NCBI GenBank assembly: GCA_963786375.1
Contig: CAWAYP010000001.1
Coordinates: forward strand, 107,169-171,168
DNA length: 64,000 bases
Reading direction: 5' to 3'
Source of the DNA: an uncultured Verrucomicrobiae bacterium
GTDB lineage: Bacteria > Verrucomicrobiota > Verrucomicrobiia > Limisphaerales > UBA11358
Below are positions 1 to 8,625 of this stretch, piece by piece. Every line of letters starts with the position of its first letter. The first letter of the stretch is position 1. The position numbers and the translations under genes were made by a program. Under the pieces are notes generated by a model. The model had not been told where the DNA came from and ran no database searches. It worked only from the letters and a program-made list of their open reading frames with translations.

Positions 1-77
1 GAAAAATACAGAACAATTGCGAGAAACGAAGGCGTGATTGAGGAGATTGAGATTCAGACGGTCGAACACTCTGCTGT

Positions 78-500
78 TTAGGAACGGGCTAGTTTTTGTG
101 CCACTTCAAAAAAAATGAACTCGCACGTGTTTAGGAAAGAAACATCCTCACTGTCAGATTTCACTTTGAAAAAATATCCGGGCAAAATTAGTGTCGCCAA
201 CCACGGCACGGAACGCGGCATTTTTGGCAAACGCTTGGTCCATGACACTTTTGGGCAAACATCGGTCAAAGCATAATACTCCTTCTCAATTTGTTCCCAG
301 TATTCTTGAGCGCATTCGGCAGACCATGTGCCGGTGCAGGCGGAGATGCCAACATTCCCACTAAAAAAATAAAACGCGATTCCTGTTTCTGTTACATCCG
401 TTTCGATACGGTAGGCATTGTAGGGAAATGGGAATACTCCACCGCCTTTGTCCAGAAATGGACGAACCAGTTCCTCAAGTTGCGGCAGTGCATTGGGCAT
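78..500 (-). CDS. hypothetical protein in the low-GC flank of tRNA-Arg
   Basis: Frame of ORF-track 78..686. I trimmed the start to the ATG at 500 because it follows GAAGGAAA (SD-like) and the longer ORF would run into the tRNA at 672-748. No family recognised. Local GC is clearly below the window average. Confidence 0.4.
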   Translation of the reverse strand: MPNALPQLEELVRPFLDKGGGVFPFPYNAYRIETDVTETGIAFYFFSGNVGISACTGTWSAECAQEYWEQIEKEYYALTDVCPKVSWTKRLPKMPRSVPWLATLILPGYFFKVKSDSEDVSFLNTCEFIFFEVAQKLARS

Positions 501-671
501 TTTCCTTCGGTGGATTTTCCCTGAATTTAGCGTCAAATGAACCATGAACAAAAAATATACCCCGCGTCTGGATTCGTCTAGTGTTTGCAATCGCGCAACG
601 CGGCGTGAACCTATTTCGTCGTTAAACTTGTAACAACACTTGCAGGCAGCTATTTTACCACCGCAAATGTT

Positions 672-748
672 GCTCTCGTAGCTCAAATGGATCAGAGCGG
701 CCGTTTCCTAAATGGCAAATCCCGGTTCGATTCCGGGCGGGAGCACCA
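672..748 (+). tRNA. tRNA-Arg (anticodon CCT), CCA encoded
   Basis: Hand-folded cloverleaf. Acceptor GCTCTCG/CGGGAGC, D arm GCTC-AAATGGATCA-GAGC, anticodon arm GCCGT-TTCCTAA-ATGGC (CCT at positions 34-36), T arm CCCGG-TTCGATT-CCGGG, discriminator A plus CCA. Confidence 0.9.
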
Positions 749-956
749 CTTTTTCCAGCCAAATTTCCACCGAATTCCGAGTCTGAAATCTGATACCGCA
801 TCTGATACCATATTGAGTTTTTAGATCAAATTAGAACCAAAAACAACAAAAGGTCAGACCTTGAAAACTGCCGACGGAAGTAAAAATCAGTCAATAGAAT
901 CAATGAGAAAATACGAAAACCCATCAAATCAAAAATTCAAAAAAAGTGCTTGCACA

Positions 957-998
957 GATTTAGGAAACCGCTGCTCTATCCATTTGAGCTACGGGGAC
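957..998 (-). pseudogene. tRNA-Arg(CCT) 5'-half fragment, truncated just after the anticodon loop
   Basis: The reverse complement reads GTCCCCGTAGCTCAAATGGATAGAGCAGCGGTTTCCTAAAT. About 33 of 37 positions match positions 6-40 of the intact tRNA at 672-748. No T arm or 3' acceptor follows; the sequence continues into GCACTTTTTTTG. Confidence 0.6.
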
Positions 999-1193
999 GT
1001 TGTTGGTTATGAACGGCTTGTCAAAAAAAACGCGCCAGGCCGGCATCAATTTTGATCCGCCGCGTTTCCTGGGACATGTATTTCACATGAATGCGAGTTG
1101 CTGGCAAGCTCGTTTGCAAAAGCTCTCCACCAAAAGCGGTTTCCGGAGCCGGCCACGTCACGCGGCCCTCACAGAAAAATGTGGGAGGTCCGT

Positions 1194-4073
1194 TCAGCGC
1201 GACTGGGGTTTCCCGTGGGAAACTTCGCCAGGACTGCCGTTGAAGTTTTCAGCCTCCTGCAACCTCAACTGCAAAAGCTGGATGTTTTCGCGCAAGCCTT
1301 CGGCCAGTTTCTTTTGCTTGTCCCGCAATTCGGCCTCGTGCGCCGCCTGGCTCTCGCGCAAGTTGCGCAATTCCAGACCCAGCGCCTCCTTGGCTTCGGC
1401 CAGGGTTTTATGTTCCGATTCCAAACGCGCCCGTTCCACCGCCTGTTGTTTCAAGCCGGACTGGGAGCGTTCCAACTCTACGTTGACCTGATTTAACCGC
1501 TCCTGAAGTTCGTTGGCCGCCTGCTGCGACTTTGCCGCCGCCTGCTGCTCGGCCGCGAACTTGTGCTGAAGTTCCTCACGCACCTGGTGCAGCCCGGCCA
1601 TTTCCTTTTCCAACTGGCCGCACCGTGCCTCTTTTTCCTTGAGGACGGTTTCCGTCTGGCTGGCCGCCGCTTTTGCCGCGTTCAGTTGCTCACGCCATTC
1701 CGACTCCAAACGCGTTCGTTCCGCCGCCTGTTGTTTCACGCCGGCTTGGGAGCGCTCCAGTTCCACATTGACCTGATTCAGCCGCTCCTGAAGTTCGTTG
1801 GCCGCCTGCTGCGACTTCGCCGCCGCCTGTTGTTCGGCGGCAAACTTGTTTTGAAGTTCATCCCGCATTTGCCGCAGCCCGCCGAGTTCCTTTTCCAACT
1901 GGCCGCACTGTTTTTCCTTTTCCTTGAGGACGGTTTCCGCCTGACCGGCCGCCGCCTTTGCCGCGTTCAATTGTTCGCGCCATTCCGATTCCAAACGTGC
2001 CCGCTCCGCCAATTGTTTTTCGAGGTTGGCCTTGAGTTCCTGCTGCGCTTTCGCCGCCGCCTGCTGTTCCGCCACGAACTTGTTCTGAAGTTCATCGCGT
2101 GTCTGCTTTAATCCGGCCAATTCCTTGTCCAACTGGCTACAGCGCGCCTCTTTTTCCTTGAGGACGGTTTCCGTCTGGCCCGCCGCCGCTTTCGCCGCGT
2201 TCAGTTGCTCGCGCCATTCCGATTCCAAACGCGCCCGCTCCGCCAATTGTTTTTCGAGGTTGGCCTTGAGTTCCTGCTGCGCTTTCGCCGCCGCCTGCTG
2301 CTCCGCCGCGAACTTGTTCTGAAGTTCATCCCGTGTCTGCTTTGACCCGGCCAATTCCTTTTCCAACTGGCCGCACCGCGCTTCCTTTTCTTTAAGCACG
2401 CCTTCTGTCTGTCCAATCAGCGCCCTCGCCGCGTTCAGTTGTTCGCGCCATTGCGATTCGATGCGTGCTCGTTCCGCGGATTCCTGTTCCAAGCCGGCTT
2501 TGGCGCGTTCCAATGCCGCACTGCCTTGGCGCAGACGTTCGTGAATTTCCGCATTTTGCGTTTCACCACCGCTCCGCTGACCGGTGGGGGTGGATGGCTT
2601 GGACTGAAGTGTTTGGTCGGGAACACTGGCCGGGCGCGGTTCCGGTTCCGGGCGTGTTGTCTTCGGGGGAGAGCCGGCAGTCTTGGCATCTTTGGCGCCA
2701 AGCTCGAAAATCGGCGCCAACCGGTTGGGTGGTTCCGGCGGCTGTGTCCCGGACTTGGCCGGCTGATTCATTCGAGTGGCGGCTGCGGGTTGAAGCACGT
2801 TTGCCGAACCATTGTTTGCGGCGGAAGGGGCTTCGGGTTGGGGGCGAACGCCTGACACCCGCGCCTTGATTAAATTAACGGTCACTTTCAGCGCCAGTTC
2901 CAAGGGGGAAACCGGTTTGGAAACGAAGTCATTGCCACCGCTGAGCACGCTCTGCTTGCGATTGTCGAAATTGCTGAAAGCCGTGACAAAAATGACCGGA
3001 GTCTTCTTGCAGTGCGGCAGACGGCGCATCTTTTCACAGACATCGAAGCCGGTCATGCCGGGCATGTTGACGTCGAGCACGACGAGGTCGAATGAAGTGG
3101 TTTCCAACAGGCTCAGTGCCGCGGCGGGGTCCTTCACGCCCACGGCGTCGAAATTGACCCGCTTCAGGGAAGTCACGTTTACATGATTGCAAACGGTGTC
3201 ATCGTCCACGACCAACACTTTGGCTTGAAACGGCGGCCCGACGGAATAGCCGTCATTGTTTTTCAAAAGCCCATCCAGGCAATCCACTGCTTGGGCGATG
3301 GTTTGCAACACCGACGGCGTTACCGTTGAGGGCTTGTCCATGATCCCGGAGAGCAACGCGTCCAGCGTATTTGTCAGCATGGCGACGCGGGCACAGTCGG
3401 CCTGAGTGGCGCTGGTGTTCAGCAAATGCACGCGCTGATGAAGCCCGGACAGATGAGCCCGACTGGCTTCCGAATCGGGCGCTTTGATGTACCCCATGCT
3501 GTGCTCGCGAATTTTGGGGATCATTGCCGCAGCTTCTTTCAAAAATGCCGCGCGTTGTTTTGTGGCCGCGGTTTCAGATTCAGGCATCACGACCGTCTGC
3601 GCGCCATTGTGCTGGCTTGCCCCATTGCCAGCCACTGGCGGCGTTGAAGGCGTTTTACCCGCTTCCACCACCACAAACTCCGGCGCGTGAGCGAGCGTCT
3701 CTTGAATGCTTGCCAGCAGCATGGGAAAGGTGCAGTCGCTTTTAAGCAGACGCTTGGTGCCTTGGGCCAGTGGGCTGTCCGGCGGCACTTCTGTCAATGG
3801 AGCGTTGGAAAAAATAATGACGGGAACCGTGGTCAGACGTGGATCGGCTTGCATGAATTTGAGCACATCGGCACCGCTGACCTTGGGCAACATCAGGTCC
3901 AGCAGGACCAAGTCCGGAGTGCGTTCGGAAAGAATATCAAGGGCCACCCGCCCGTCTTGCGCGCATTCCAGATGAAACCCTTCGCGCTCCAGACGCTTTT
4001 GGTACATGGTCTGTGAAACCGGATCGTTCTCGACATAGAGGATTGTCTTAACGCTTATACTTGTGCTTGTCAT
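1194..4073 (-). CDS. response regulator with two receiver domains, an Hpt-like middle region, a Pro-rich linker and a long C-terminal coiled coil (FrzS-like architecture)
   Basis: REC1: ILYVENDP...DLVLLDLMLPKVSGADVLKF...PVIIFSN. REC2: VLVVDDD...DLVVLDVNMPGMTGFDVCEKMR...PVIFVTAF. Between them lies a helical segment with VHLLNTSA where Hpt domains have HxxKGSA (tentative). The C-terminal ~430 aa are heptad-like Q/E/A/K/L-rich tandem repeats. Confidence 0.85.
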   Translation of the reverse strand: MTSTSISVKTILYVENDPVSQTMYQKRLEREGFHLECAQDGRVALDILSERTPDLVLLDLMLPKVSGADVLKFMQADPRLTTVPVIIFSNAPLTEVPPDSPLAQGTKRLLKSDCTFPMLLASIQETLAHAPEFVVVEAGKTPSTPPVAGNGASQHNGAQTVVMPESETAATKQRAAFLKEAAAMIPKIREHSMGYIKAPDSEASRAHLSGLHQRVHLLNTSATQADCARVAMLTNTLDALLSGIMDKPSTVTPSVLQTIAQAVDCLDGLLKNNDGYSVGPPFQAKVLVVDDDTVCNHVNVTSLKRVNFDAVGVKDPAAALSLLETTSFDLVVLDVNMPGMTGFDVCEKMRRLPHCKKTPVIFVTAFSNFDNRKQSVLSGGNDFVSKPVSPLELALKVTVNLIKARVSGVRPQPEAPSAANNGSANVLQPAAATRMNQPAKSGTQPPEPPNRLAPIFELGAKDAKTAGSPPKTTRPEPEPRPASVPDQTLQSKPSTPTGQRSGGETQNAEIHERLRQGSAALERAKAGLEQESAERARIESQWREQLNAARALIGQTEGVLKEKEARCGQLEKELAGSKQTRDELQNKFAAEQQAAAKAQQELKANLEKQLAERARLESEWREQLNAAKAAAGQTETVLKEKEARCSQLDKELAGLKQTRDELQNKFVAEQQAAAKAQQELKANLEKQLAERARLESEWREQLNAAKAAAGQAETVLKEKEKQCGQLEKELGGLRQMRDELQNKFAAEQQAAAKSQQAANELQERLNQVNVELERSQAGVKQQAAERTRLESEWREQLNAAKAAASQTETVLKEKEARCGQLEKEMAGLHQVREELQHKFAAEQQAAAKSQQAANELQERLNQVNVELERSQSGLKQQAVERARLESEHKTLAEAKEALGLELRNLRESQAAHEAELRDKQKKLAEGLRENIQLLQLRLQEAENFNGSPGEVSHGKPQSR
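1437..2474 (-). repeat. in-frame tandem coding repeats (2 x 234 bp then 2 x 285 bp) that build the coiled coil
   Basis: Protein units begin ER(A/T)R(L/I)ES(E/Q)WREQLNAA... and are repeated four times plus a partial fifth. Unit boundaries were computed from the translation as 2241-2474, 2007-2240, 1722-2006 and 1437-1721. Confidence 0.9.
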
Positions 4074-4434
4074 GGTTCCAAATGTATTTCACCACACCGA
4101 CTCGGCGACGAGCGGCACATCCCGGCAATTTATTCACGAATACAACCCGGCGCAGACACACTTCTCATTTCTGCTTCTTCCGTACGCCATGGAAAAGCAC
4201 CACTCATGCCAAAAAACGCACGCTTCGCGCCGCACTCTGGGGACCGTTTGAAAATCGGTTGAACGAGTTTCCGGCCGCAAAAGGCCGTTGAACCGGCAGC
4301 CTTTGCATCCCTTCAAATTTTTGGCCGGTCACGGCATGGAAGGTGCTCCATCGCATCCGGCTGTGAATAAATTCGCGCAGCAGCACCCGGTCAAGAATAC
4401 CCAAACCGGAGAAAACAATAAAACGAGACAAACC

Positions 4435-4626
4435 ATGCAAACAACCAACAAGAAAAACGGGAAAAAATCACAGAATCGAACGGTGGACGGCATCTTGGGC
4501 GCGATTTCGCTCCACGAACAAATCGAGGCGCGGGCGCACGAAATTCATCTCACGCGGGGCGCCGAGTCGGGCCATGAACTGGACGACTGGTTGCAAGCCG
4601 AGCGTGAAATCATGGGATGGGTATAA
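4435..4626 (+). CDS. DUF2934 family small protein
   Basis: The C-terminal EARAHEIHLTRGAESGHELDDWLQAEREI matches the DUF2934 signature (RAYEIW..RG...G.dlddWl.AE.el). Start chosen at the internal ATG 4435 of ORF 4288..4626. Confidence 0.65.
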   Translation: MQTTNKKNGKKSQNRTVDGILGAISLHEQIEARAHEIHLTRGAESGHELDDWLQAEREIMGWV

Positions 4627-4833
4627 TTGTGCCTCCTGAACCGGCGTGACCGGCGGCACGGATGGCGGCGACTATGATCAGTCACTACCGCCAGCGTTTC
4701 AGGAATGAACTCACGGTGAAAGGGCGGTTAATAACCGCATGCAACACCACTATTGTTGCGGAAGCATCTGGTTGTCAACGTTTCAGCAAAAAGCCGTGGT
4801 TGAGCTGGCTCCAACGTCCACTTTCATTTTGGT

Positions 4834-5934
4834 TCAAACGACTTTTGTTTCGCCCCGGCCTTTGACGACTTCGCCAATCAGCCACGCCCGGTGTTTCTGC
4901 ACGCGGATGAAATTCAAAACCGCGTCCGCCTTGTCTGCCGATACGATGGAAACCATTCCGATGCCCATGTTGAAGACCTGGTAAAGCTCCGCGTCCAGCA
5001 CGCCGCCCTTGGCTTTGATGAGTTCGAAAATCGGTAGCATGTCCCATGACCCCTTGCGGATGACCACGTCGCAATTCTTTGGCAGCACGCGCGGAATGTT
5101 GTCCACAAACCCGCCGCCGGTGATGTGGGCGAAGGCTTTGACAACATTCTGGGAGGGTCGGCGTGTCGCCGACCGTGATTTTGGGGACGGCGGCACGCCG
5201 TCCCTCCCGTTGAATTGTTTCAACAGCTTCTGCACCAGCGGGCCGTAGCTGACGTGGGCTTTCAGCAATTCCGCGCCAATCGTGCCTTTCAATCCCGGCA
5301 CGCGGCTGGTTGGTTTCAATTTCAGTTGCTCGAAGAAAATTTTCCGGGCGAGCGAATAACCGTTCGTGTGCAGGCCGCTCGAGGCAATGCCGATGACCGC
5401 GTCGCCATGCTTCACGGTCTTCTGGCCGTTGAGCATTTTGGATTTTTCGACGACGCCGACAATCGTGCCGCTCACGTCGTATTCGCCCTTCTGGTAAAAG
5501 CCCGGCATCTGGGCCGTTTCACCGCCGATGAGCGCGCAATGATTTTCCGCGCACGCGCGGGCGAAACCCTTGATGATGTCGGTGAAAACATGCGGCTCCA
5601 GTTTGCCCGTGCCGAGGTAGTCGAGGAAGAACAGCGGCTCGGCCCCCAGCACGGCGATATCGTTGACGCAATGATTCACGAGGTCGGCGCCAATGGTATC
5701 GTGCCGGTCCATCGCGAAGGCGATTTTGAGCTTGGTGCCGACGCCGTCCACGGACGAGACGAGCACCGGCTCGCGATATTTTTTCAGATCGAGCGCGAAC
5801 AGGCCGCCGAAGCCACCGACCTTGCCGAGCACCTCGCGGCGATGCGTGGACGCAAGCAAATGCGGCAGCGTGGCCTTGACCTTGTTGCCCAAATCAATAT
5901 CCACACCCGCGCGGGCGTAAGCCTTCTGTTTCAT
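4834..5934 (-). CDS. purM: phosphoribosylformylglycinamidine cyclo-ligase (AIR synthetase)
   Basis: YARAGVDIDLGN..., GGFGGLF, DGVGTK, AHITGGGFVDNIPRVLP and FNMGIGM are PurM hallmarks. Carries a 20-aa in-frame insert (see repeat 5151-5208). Confidence 0.95.
   Translation of the reverse strand: MKQKAYARAGVDIDLGNKVKATLPHLLASTHRREVLGKVGGFGGLFALDLKKYREPVLVSSVDGVGTKLKIAFAMDRHDTIGADLVNHCVNDIAVLGAEPLFFLDYLGTGKLEPHVFTDIIKGFARACAENHCALIGGETAQMPGFYQKGEYDVSGTIVGVVEKSKMLNGQKTVKHGDAVIGIASSGLHTNGYSLARKIFFEQLKLKPTSRVPGLKGTIGAELLKAHVSYGPLVQKLLKQFNGRDGVPPSPKSRSATRRPSQNVVKAFAHITGGGFVDNIPRVLPKNCDVVIRKGSWDMLPIFELIKAKGGVLDAELYQVFNMGIGMVSIVSADKADAVLNFIRVQKHRAWLIGEVVKGRGETKVV
5151..5208. repeat. composite palindromic element, family A, lying inside purM
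   Basis: GGGAGGG-TCGGCGtgtCGCCGA-CCGTGATTTTGGG-GACGGCGgcaCGCCGTC-CCTCCC. The outer 7-bp inverted repeat encloses two short GC hairpins. purM reads it as GRDGVPPSPKSRSATRRPSQ. Confidence 0.85.
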
Positions 5935-5984
5935 CTGCGGACATTAAATCGGCAAAATGGTTTGCGGGCGAGAAAATTTAAGTT

Positions 5985-6044
5985 GGGAGGGACGGCGTGC
6001 CGCCGCCCCAATCAAATCAGGGTCGCCGACACGGCAACCCTCCC
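5985..6044. repeat. composite palindromic element, family A, at the 3' end of the ygfZ-like gene
   Basis: GGGAGGGACGGCGTGCCGCCGCCCCAATCAAATCAGGGTCGCCGACACGGCAACCCTCCC. The last residues of ORF 6017..7300 (GGLPCRRP-stop) are encoded by it. Confidence 0.85.
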
Positions 6045-7300
6045 ACAAATGGAATTTCCACAATTTTTGCAGAACCTTCGCCCACCGCCGTTTGCAGAAT
6101 CAGTTCGGTTCCGATTTGCTTGGCTTCGCGGCGGACATAACCCAGCGCAATAGTTGCGTTGAGCACCGGTGATTTTACGGCACTGGTGATGTAGCCCATT
6201 TCCTTGCCGTCGCGGAAGAGCTTGTCGCCACGGCGCGGCAAGGATTTCAAATCATCGGCCAGGCGCAGGCCGCGCAGTTCACGCGTGACGTGGCCGAAGC
6301 TGTGGATGCGGTTGATGACTTCCTGTCCGATGTAACAACCTTTGTTGTAAACCACCGCGCGGTTTTCAATGCCGCATTCGAGCGGCAGATTCGTTTCGTC
6401 CATGTCCACCCCGAAGCAGGGAATGCCCGCCTCGATGCGCGCGGTCTCGAACGCCCGCCAGCCACAAGCCCGCCCGCCTTCGCGCTGCTTCGGCGCGACA
6501 AGCCCGCCGGTTTGTTTTGCCGCGGCAATAAGCTTGTCCGCCACCGCGCCGAGTGAGGAATTGGGGACGAAAAGATCAAAGCCACTCAAAATATTTTCCC
6601 CCTCTCCTCCATGAAATGGAGGAGAGGGCCGGGGCGAGGAGGTGAAATGTTGCCCCTCGCCCTGACCCTCTCCCCGTTTGGCGGGGAGAGGAAATGGACT
6701 TAATCGCGGCTGGTTCATCAAATAAATTTCGCCAAGCGTGGCATCGGAAATTTTCACCGAATCGAGCGGTTTCGTTGGAATTTCAGGGAACAATCCAATC
6801 GCGCGCACAACCTCTTCCGCCTTCGGCCCCTGCACGCTCAACAAACCGTAATGCGGCGCGGCGTCCACGATTTGCACGTCGTCGGCAACAACGAACTTTT
6901 CCAGTCGCTGCCAGATCTTCTCCGTCAAACCGGGCTCAAAATCGAGAAGCAATTCATCCGGCAAATTAAAAATGTTCAGGTCGCTTTCCATTTTGCCCCT
7001 GGCGGTGACGAGCGCCGCATAGCAGCCTTCCCCGGCACGCAGTTTTTTTACATCATTCGTCACCTGGCCGTGCAGAAACCGGACGCGGTCGGTGCCGGTC
7101 AGGCAAATCCGGCTGCGAAAACTCAGGTCCAAGACGCCCGAGCTTTGGCACAGCGCGGCGTGTTCGGCCAGCCAATCGCCGTAATCATTCACGATTTCCG
7201 CGCCGTTCACTTCCACAAATCGCGCGCCCAGCCTTTGGTGAAATTCGTGCAGCATCATTGACATGATTCCATTGTAGCGGCGGTCTGCGACTGTCGCCAT
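6017..7300 (-). CDS. folate-binding YgfZ / aminomethyltransferase (GcvT)-like protein
   Basis: GcvT-fold motifs: LDLSFRSRICLTGTDRVRFLHGQVTND, GCYAALVTARGKM, and the YgfZ-type KGCYIGQE. The start could be an internal Met near 7264. Contains a ~37-aa in-frame repeat insert. Confidence 0.8.
   Translation of the reverse strand: MATVADRRYNGIMSMMLHEFHQRLGARFVEVNGAEIVNDYGDWLAEHAALCQSSGVLDLSFRSRICLTGTDRVRFLHGQVTNDVKKLRAGEGCYAALVTARGKMESDLNIFNLPDELLLDFEPGLTEKIWQRLEKFVVADDVQIVDAAPHYGLLSVQGPKAEEVVRAIGLFPEIPTKPLDSVKISDATLGEIYLMNQPRLSPFPLPAKRGEGQGEGQHFTSSPRPSPPFHGGEGENILSGFDLFVPNSSLGAVADKLIAAAKQTGGLVAPKQREGGRACGWRAFETARIEAGIPCFGVDMDETNLPLECGIENRAVVYNKGCYIGQEVINRIHSFGHVTRELRGLRLADDLKSLPRRGDKLFRDGKEMGYITSAVKSPVLNATIALGYVRREAKQIGTELILQTAVGEGSAKIVEIPFVGGLPCRRP
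6597..6692. repeat. multi-hairpin palindromic element, family B, inside the ygfZ-like gene
   Basis: CCCTCTCCTCCATgaaATGGAGGAGAGGG ... GGGGCGAGG...CCCCTCGCCC ... CCTCTCCCCGtttgGCGGGGAGAGG. Translated in-frame as LSPFPLPAKRGEGQGEGQHFTSSPRPSPPFHGGEGE. Confidence 0.8.
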
Positions 7301-7392
7301 TTAGATAATTCACAAAAATAGCGAGGCTCATAGAGCACCGCTCCCATTGGAATCGCATTGCGCTGGAGCGCGCTTGGCCGCAAATTAGGCAC

Positions 7393-8616
7393 ATGAATTT
7401 GGACGCGCTTTATTCCGAACTGACACTGAAAACCAAGGCCAAACTCGCGCTGGTCGTCCTTGACGGCCTCGGCGATATCGCCACGAAAGAACAAAATTAT
7501 CTGACGCCGCTGGAAGCCGCCGCCACGCCGAACCTCGACCGGCTGTGCAAGGATTCCGCGCAGGGCCGCATGATTCCCGCCGCGCCCGGCATCACACCCG
7601 GCAGCGGGCCGGGACACCTCGGCCTGTTCGGCTACGACCCGTTGGAATTTCAGGTGGGCCGCGGCGTGATTGAAGCGCTGGGGCTGGGAATGGAATTGAG
7701 GCACGGCGACGTGGCCGCGCGGGCAAATTTCTGTTCGCTCGACAAAAAGGGGATTGTCACCGACCGCCGCGCCGGTCGCATCCCGACGGAGACATGCGAG
7801 AAACTTTGCGCGCTGCTCGCCGCAAAAATCAAAAAAATCGGCGATACGGAGGTCATCATCAAGGCCGGCAAGGAACATCGTTTTGTCGTCGTCTTTCGCG
7901 GCAGCGGACTTGAAGGCCCGCTGACCGATGCCGATCCGAACCGCGAAGGTTTTGCCATTCCGACGGTACATCCGCGCGACGTGGACAACGCCGGCCAGAA
8001 GAAGATGGCCGCGCTCATTGCCGATTTTTACAAAGCCGCGCTGCCCCTCCTGGCCAACGAAAAACCGGCGAACGGCTTTCTTATGCGCGGCATCGCGCAC
8101 CAGCCGCATATCCCGCTGTTCGAGGAGCGTTACAAATTGAAGGCCGCCGCGCTGGCGGTTTACCCGATGTACAAGGGCCTGGCGCAACTCGTCGGCATGA
8201 AAAAGATCGAAGGCCCGGCGACCATCACCGAGCAGTTCGAGCGTTACCTCAACGAATACGCCAACTTTGACTTTTTCTTCATTCACTACAAATACACCGA
8301 CAAGGCGGGCGAGGACGGCAACTTTGCGGCGAAGAAAAAGGCGATTGAAGATTTCGACGCCGCGCTGCCAATTTTGCTCAGGAAAAAGCCGGACGTGCTC
8401 GCCATCACCGGCGATCATTCAACGCCCGTGGCCGTCAAGGGCCATTCATGGCATCCGCAGCCGGTGCTGCTGCATTCGGCGTTGAGCGGTTCGGACAAAC
8501 TCGACCGCTTTACCGAAACCGGCGCGAACCTTGGTTCGCTCAGCGTGTTTGAGGCGAAATTCCTGATCCGCCTCATGCAGGCCAACGCCAGGATGTTCGA
8601 CAAGTTTGGCGCATAA
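7393..8616 (+). CDS. apgM: cofactor-independent phosphoglycerate mutase, archaeal-type (ApgM family)
   Basis: LVVLDGLGD..., TPNLDRL, PGSGPGHLGLFGYDP, ITGDHSTP. Length and motifs are typical of the ApgM/metalloenzyme superfamily. Confidence 0.88.
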   Translation: MNLDALYSELTLKTKAKLALVVLDGLGDIATKEQNYLTPLEAAATPNLDRLCKDSAQGRMIPAAPGITPGSGPGHLGLFGYDPLEFQVGRGVIEALGLGMELRHGDVAARANFCSLDKKGIVTDRRAGRIPTETCEKLCALLAAKIKKIGDTEVIIKAGKEHRFVVVFRGSGLEGPLTDADPNREGFAIPTVHPRDVDNAGQKKMAALIADFYKAALPLLANEKPANGFLMRGIAHQPHIPLFEERYKLKAAALAVYPMYKGLAQLVGMKKIEGPATITEQFERYLNEYANFDFFFIHYKYTDKAGEDGNFAAKKKAIEDFDAALPILLRKKPDVLAITGDHSTPVAVKGHSWHPQPVLLHSALSGSDKLDRFTETGANLGSLSVFEAKFLIRLMQANARMFDKFGA

Positions 8617-8625
8617 GTTTTTCGC

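Noticed and set aside
78-686. Full-length 202-aa version of the first ORF
   Set aside because: It would overlap the tRNA-Arg gene at 672-748. An internal ATG at 500 has a good SD.
957-998. A second functional tRNA-Arg on the minus strand
   Set aside because: The anticodon stem pairs at only 3 of 5 positions, and there is no variable loop, T arm or 3' acceptor strand. It is a fragment.
1437-2474. Possible CRISPR or non-coding satellite
   Set aside because: The units are 234-285 bp, directly abutting with no spacers, and maintain one open reading frame of coiled-coil sequence. The same reasoning applies to the 108-bp Sel1 periodicity at about 13760-14200.
7255-8418. 387-aa minus-strand ORF
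   Set aside because: It is antisense to the clearly recognisable apgM gene. Its Arg/Gly/Ala-rich composition is typical of the shadow frame of a high-GC gene, and no motif was recognised.
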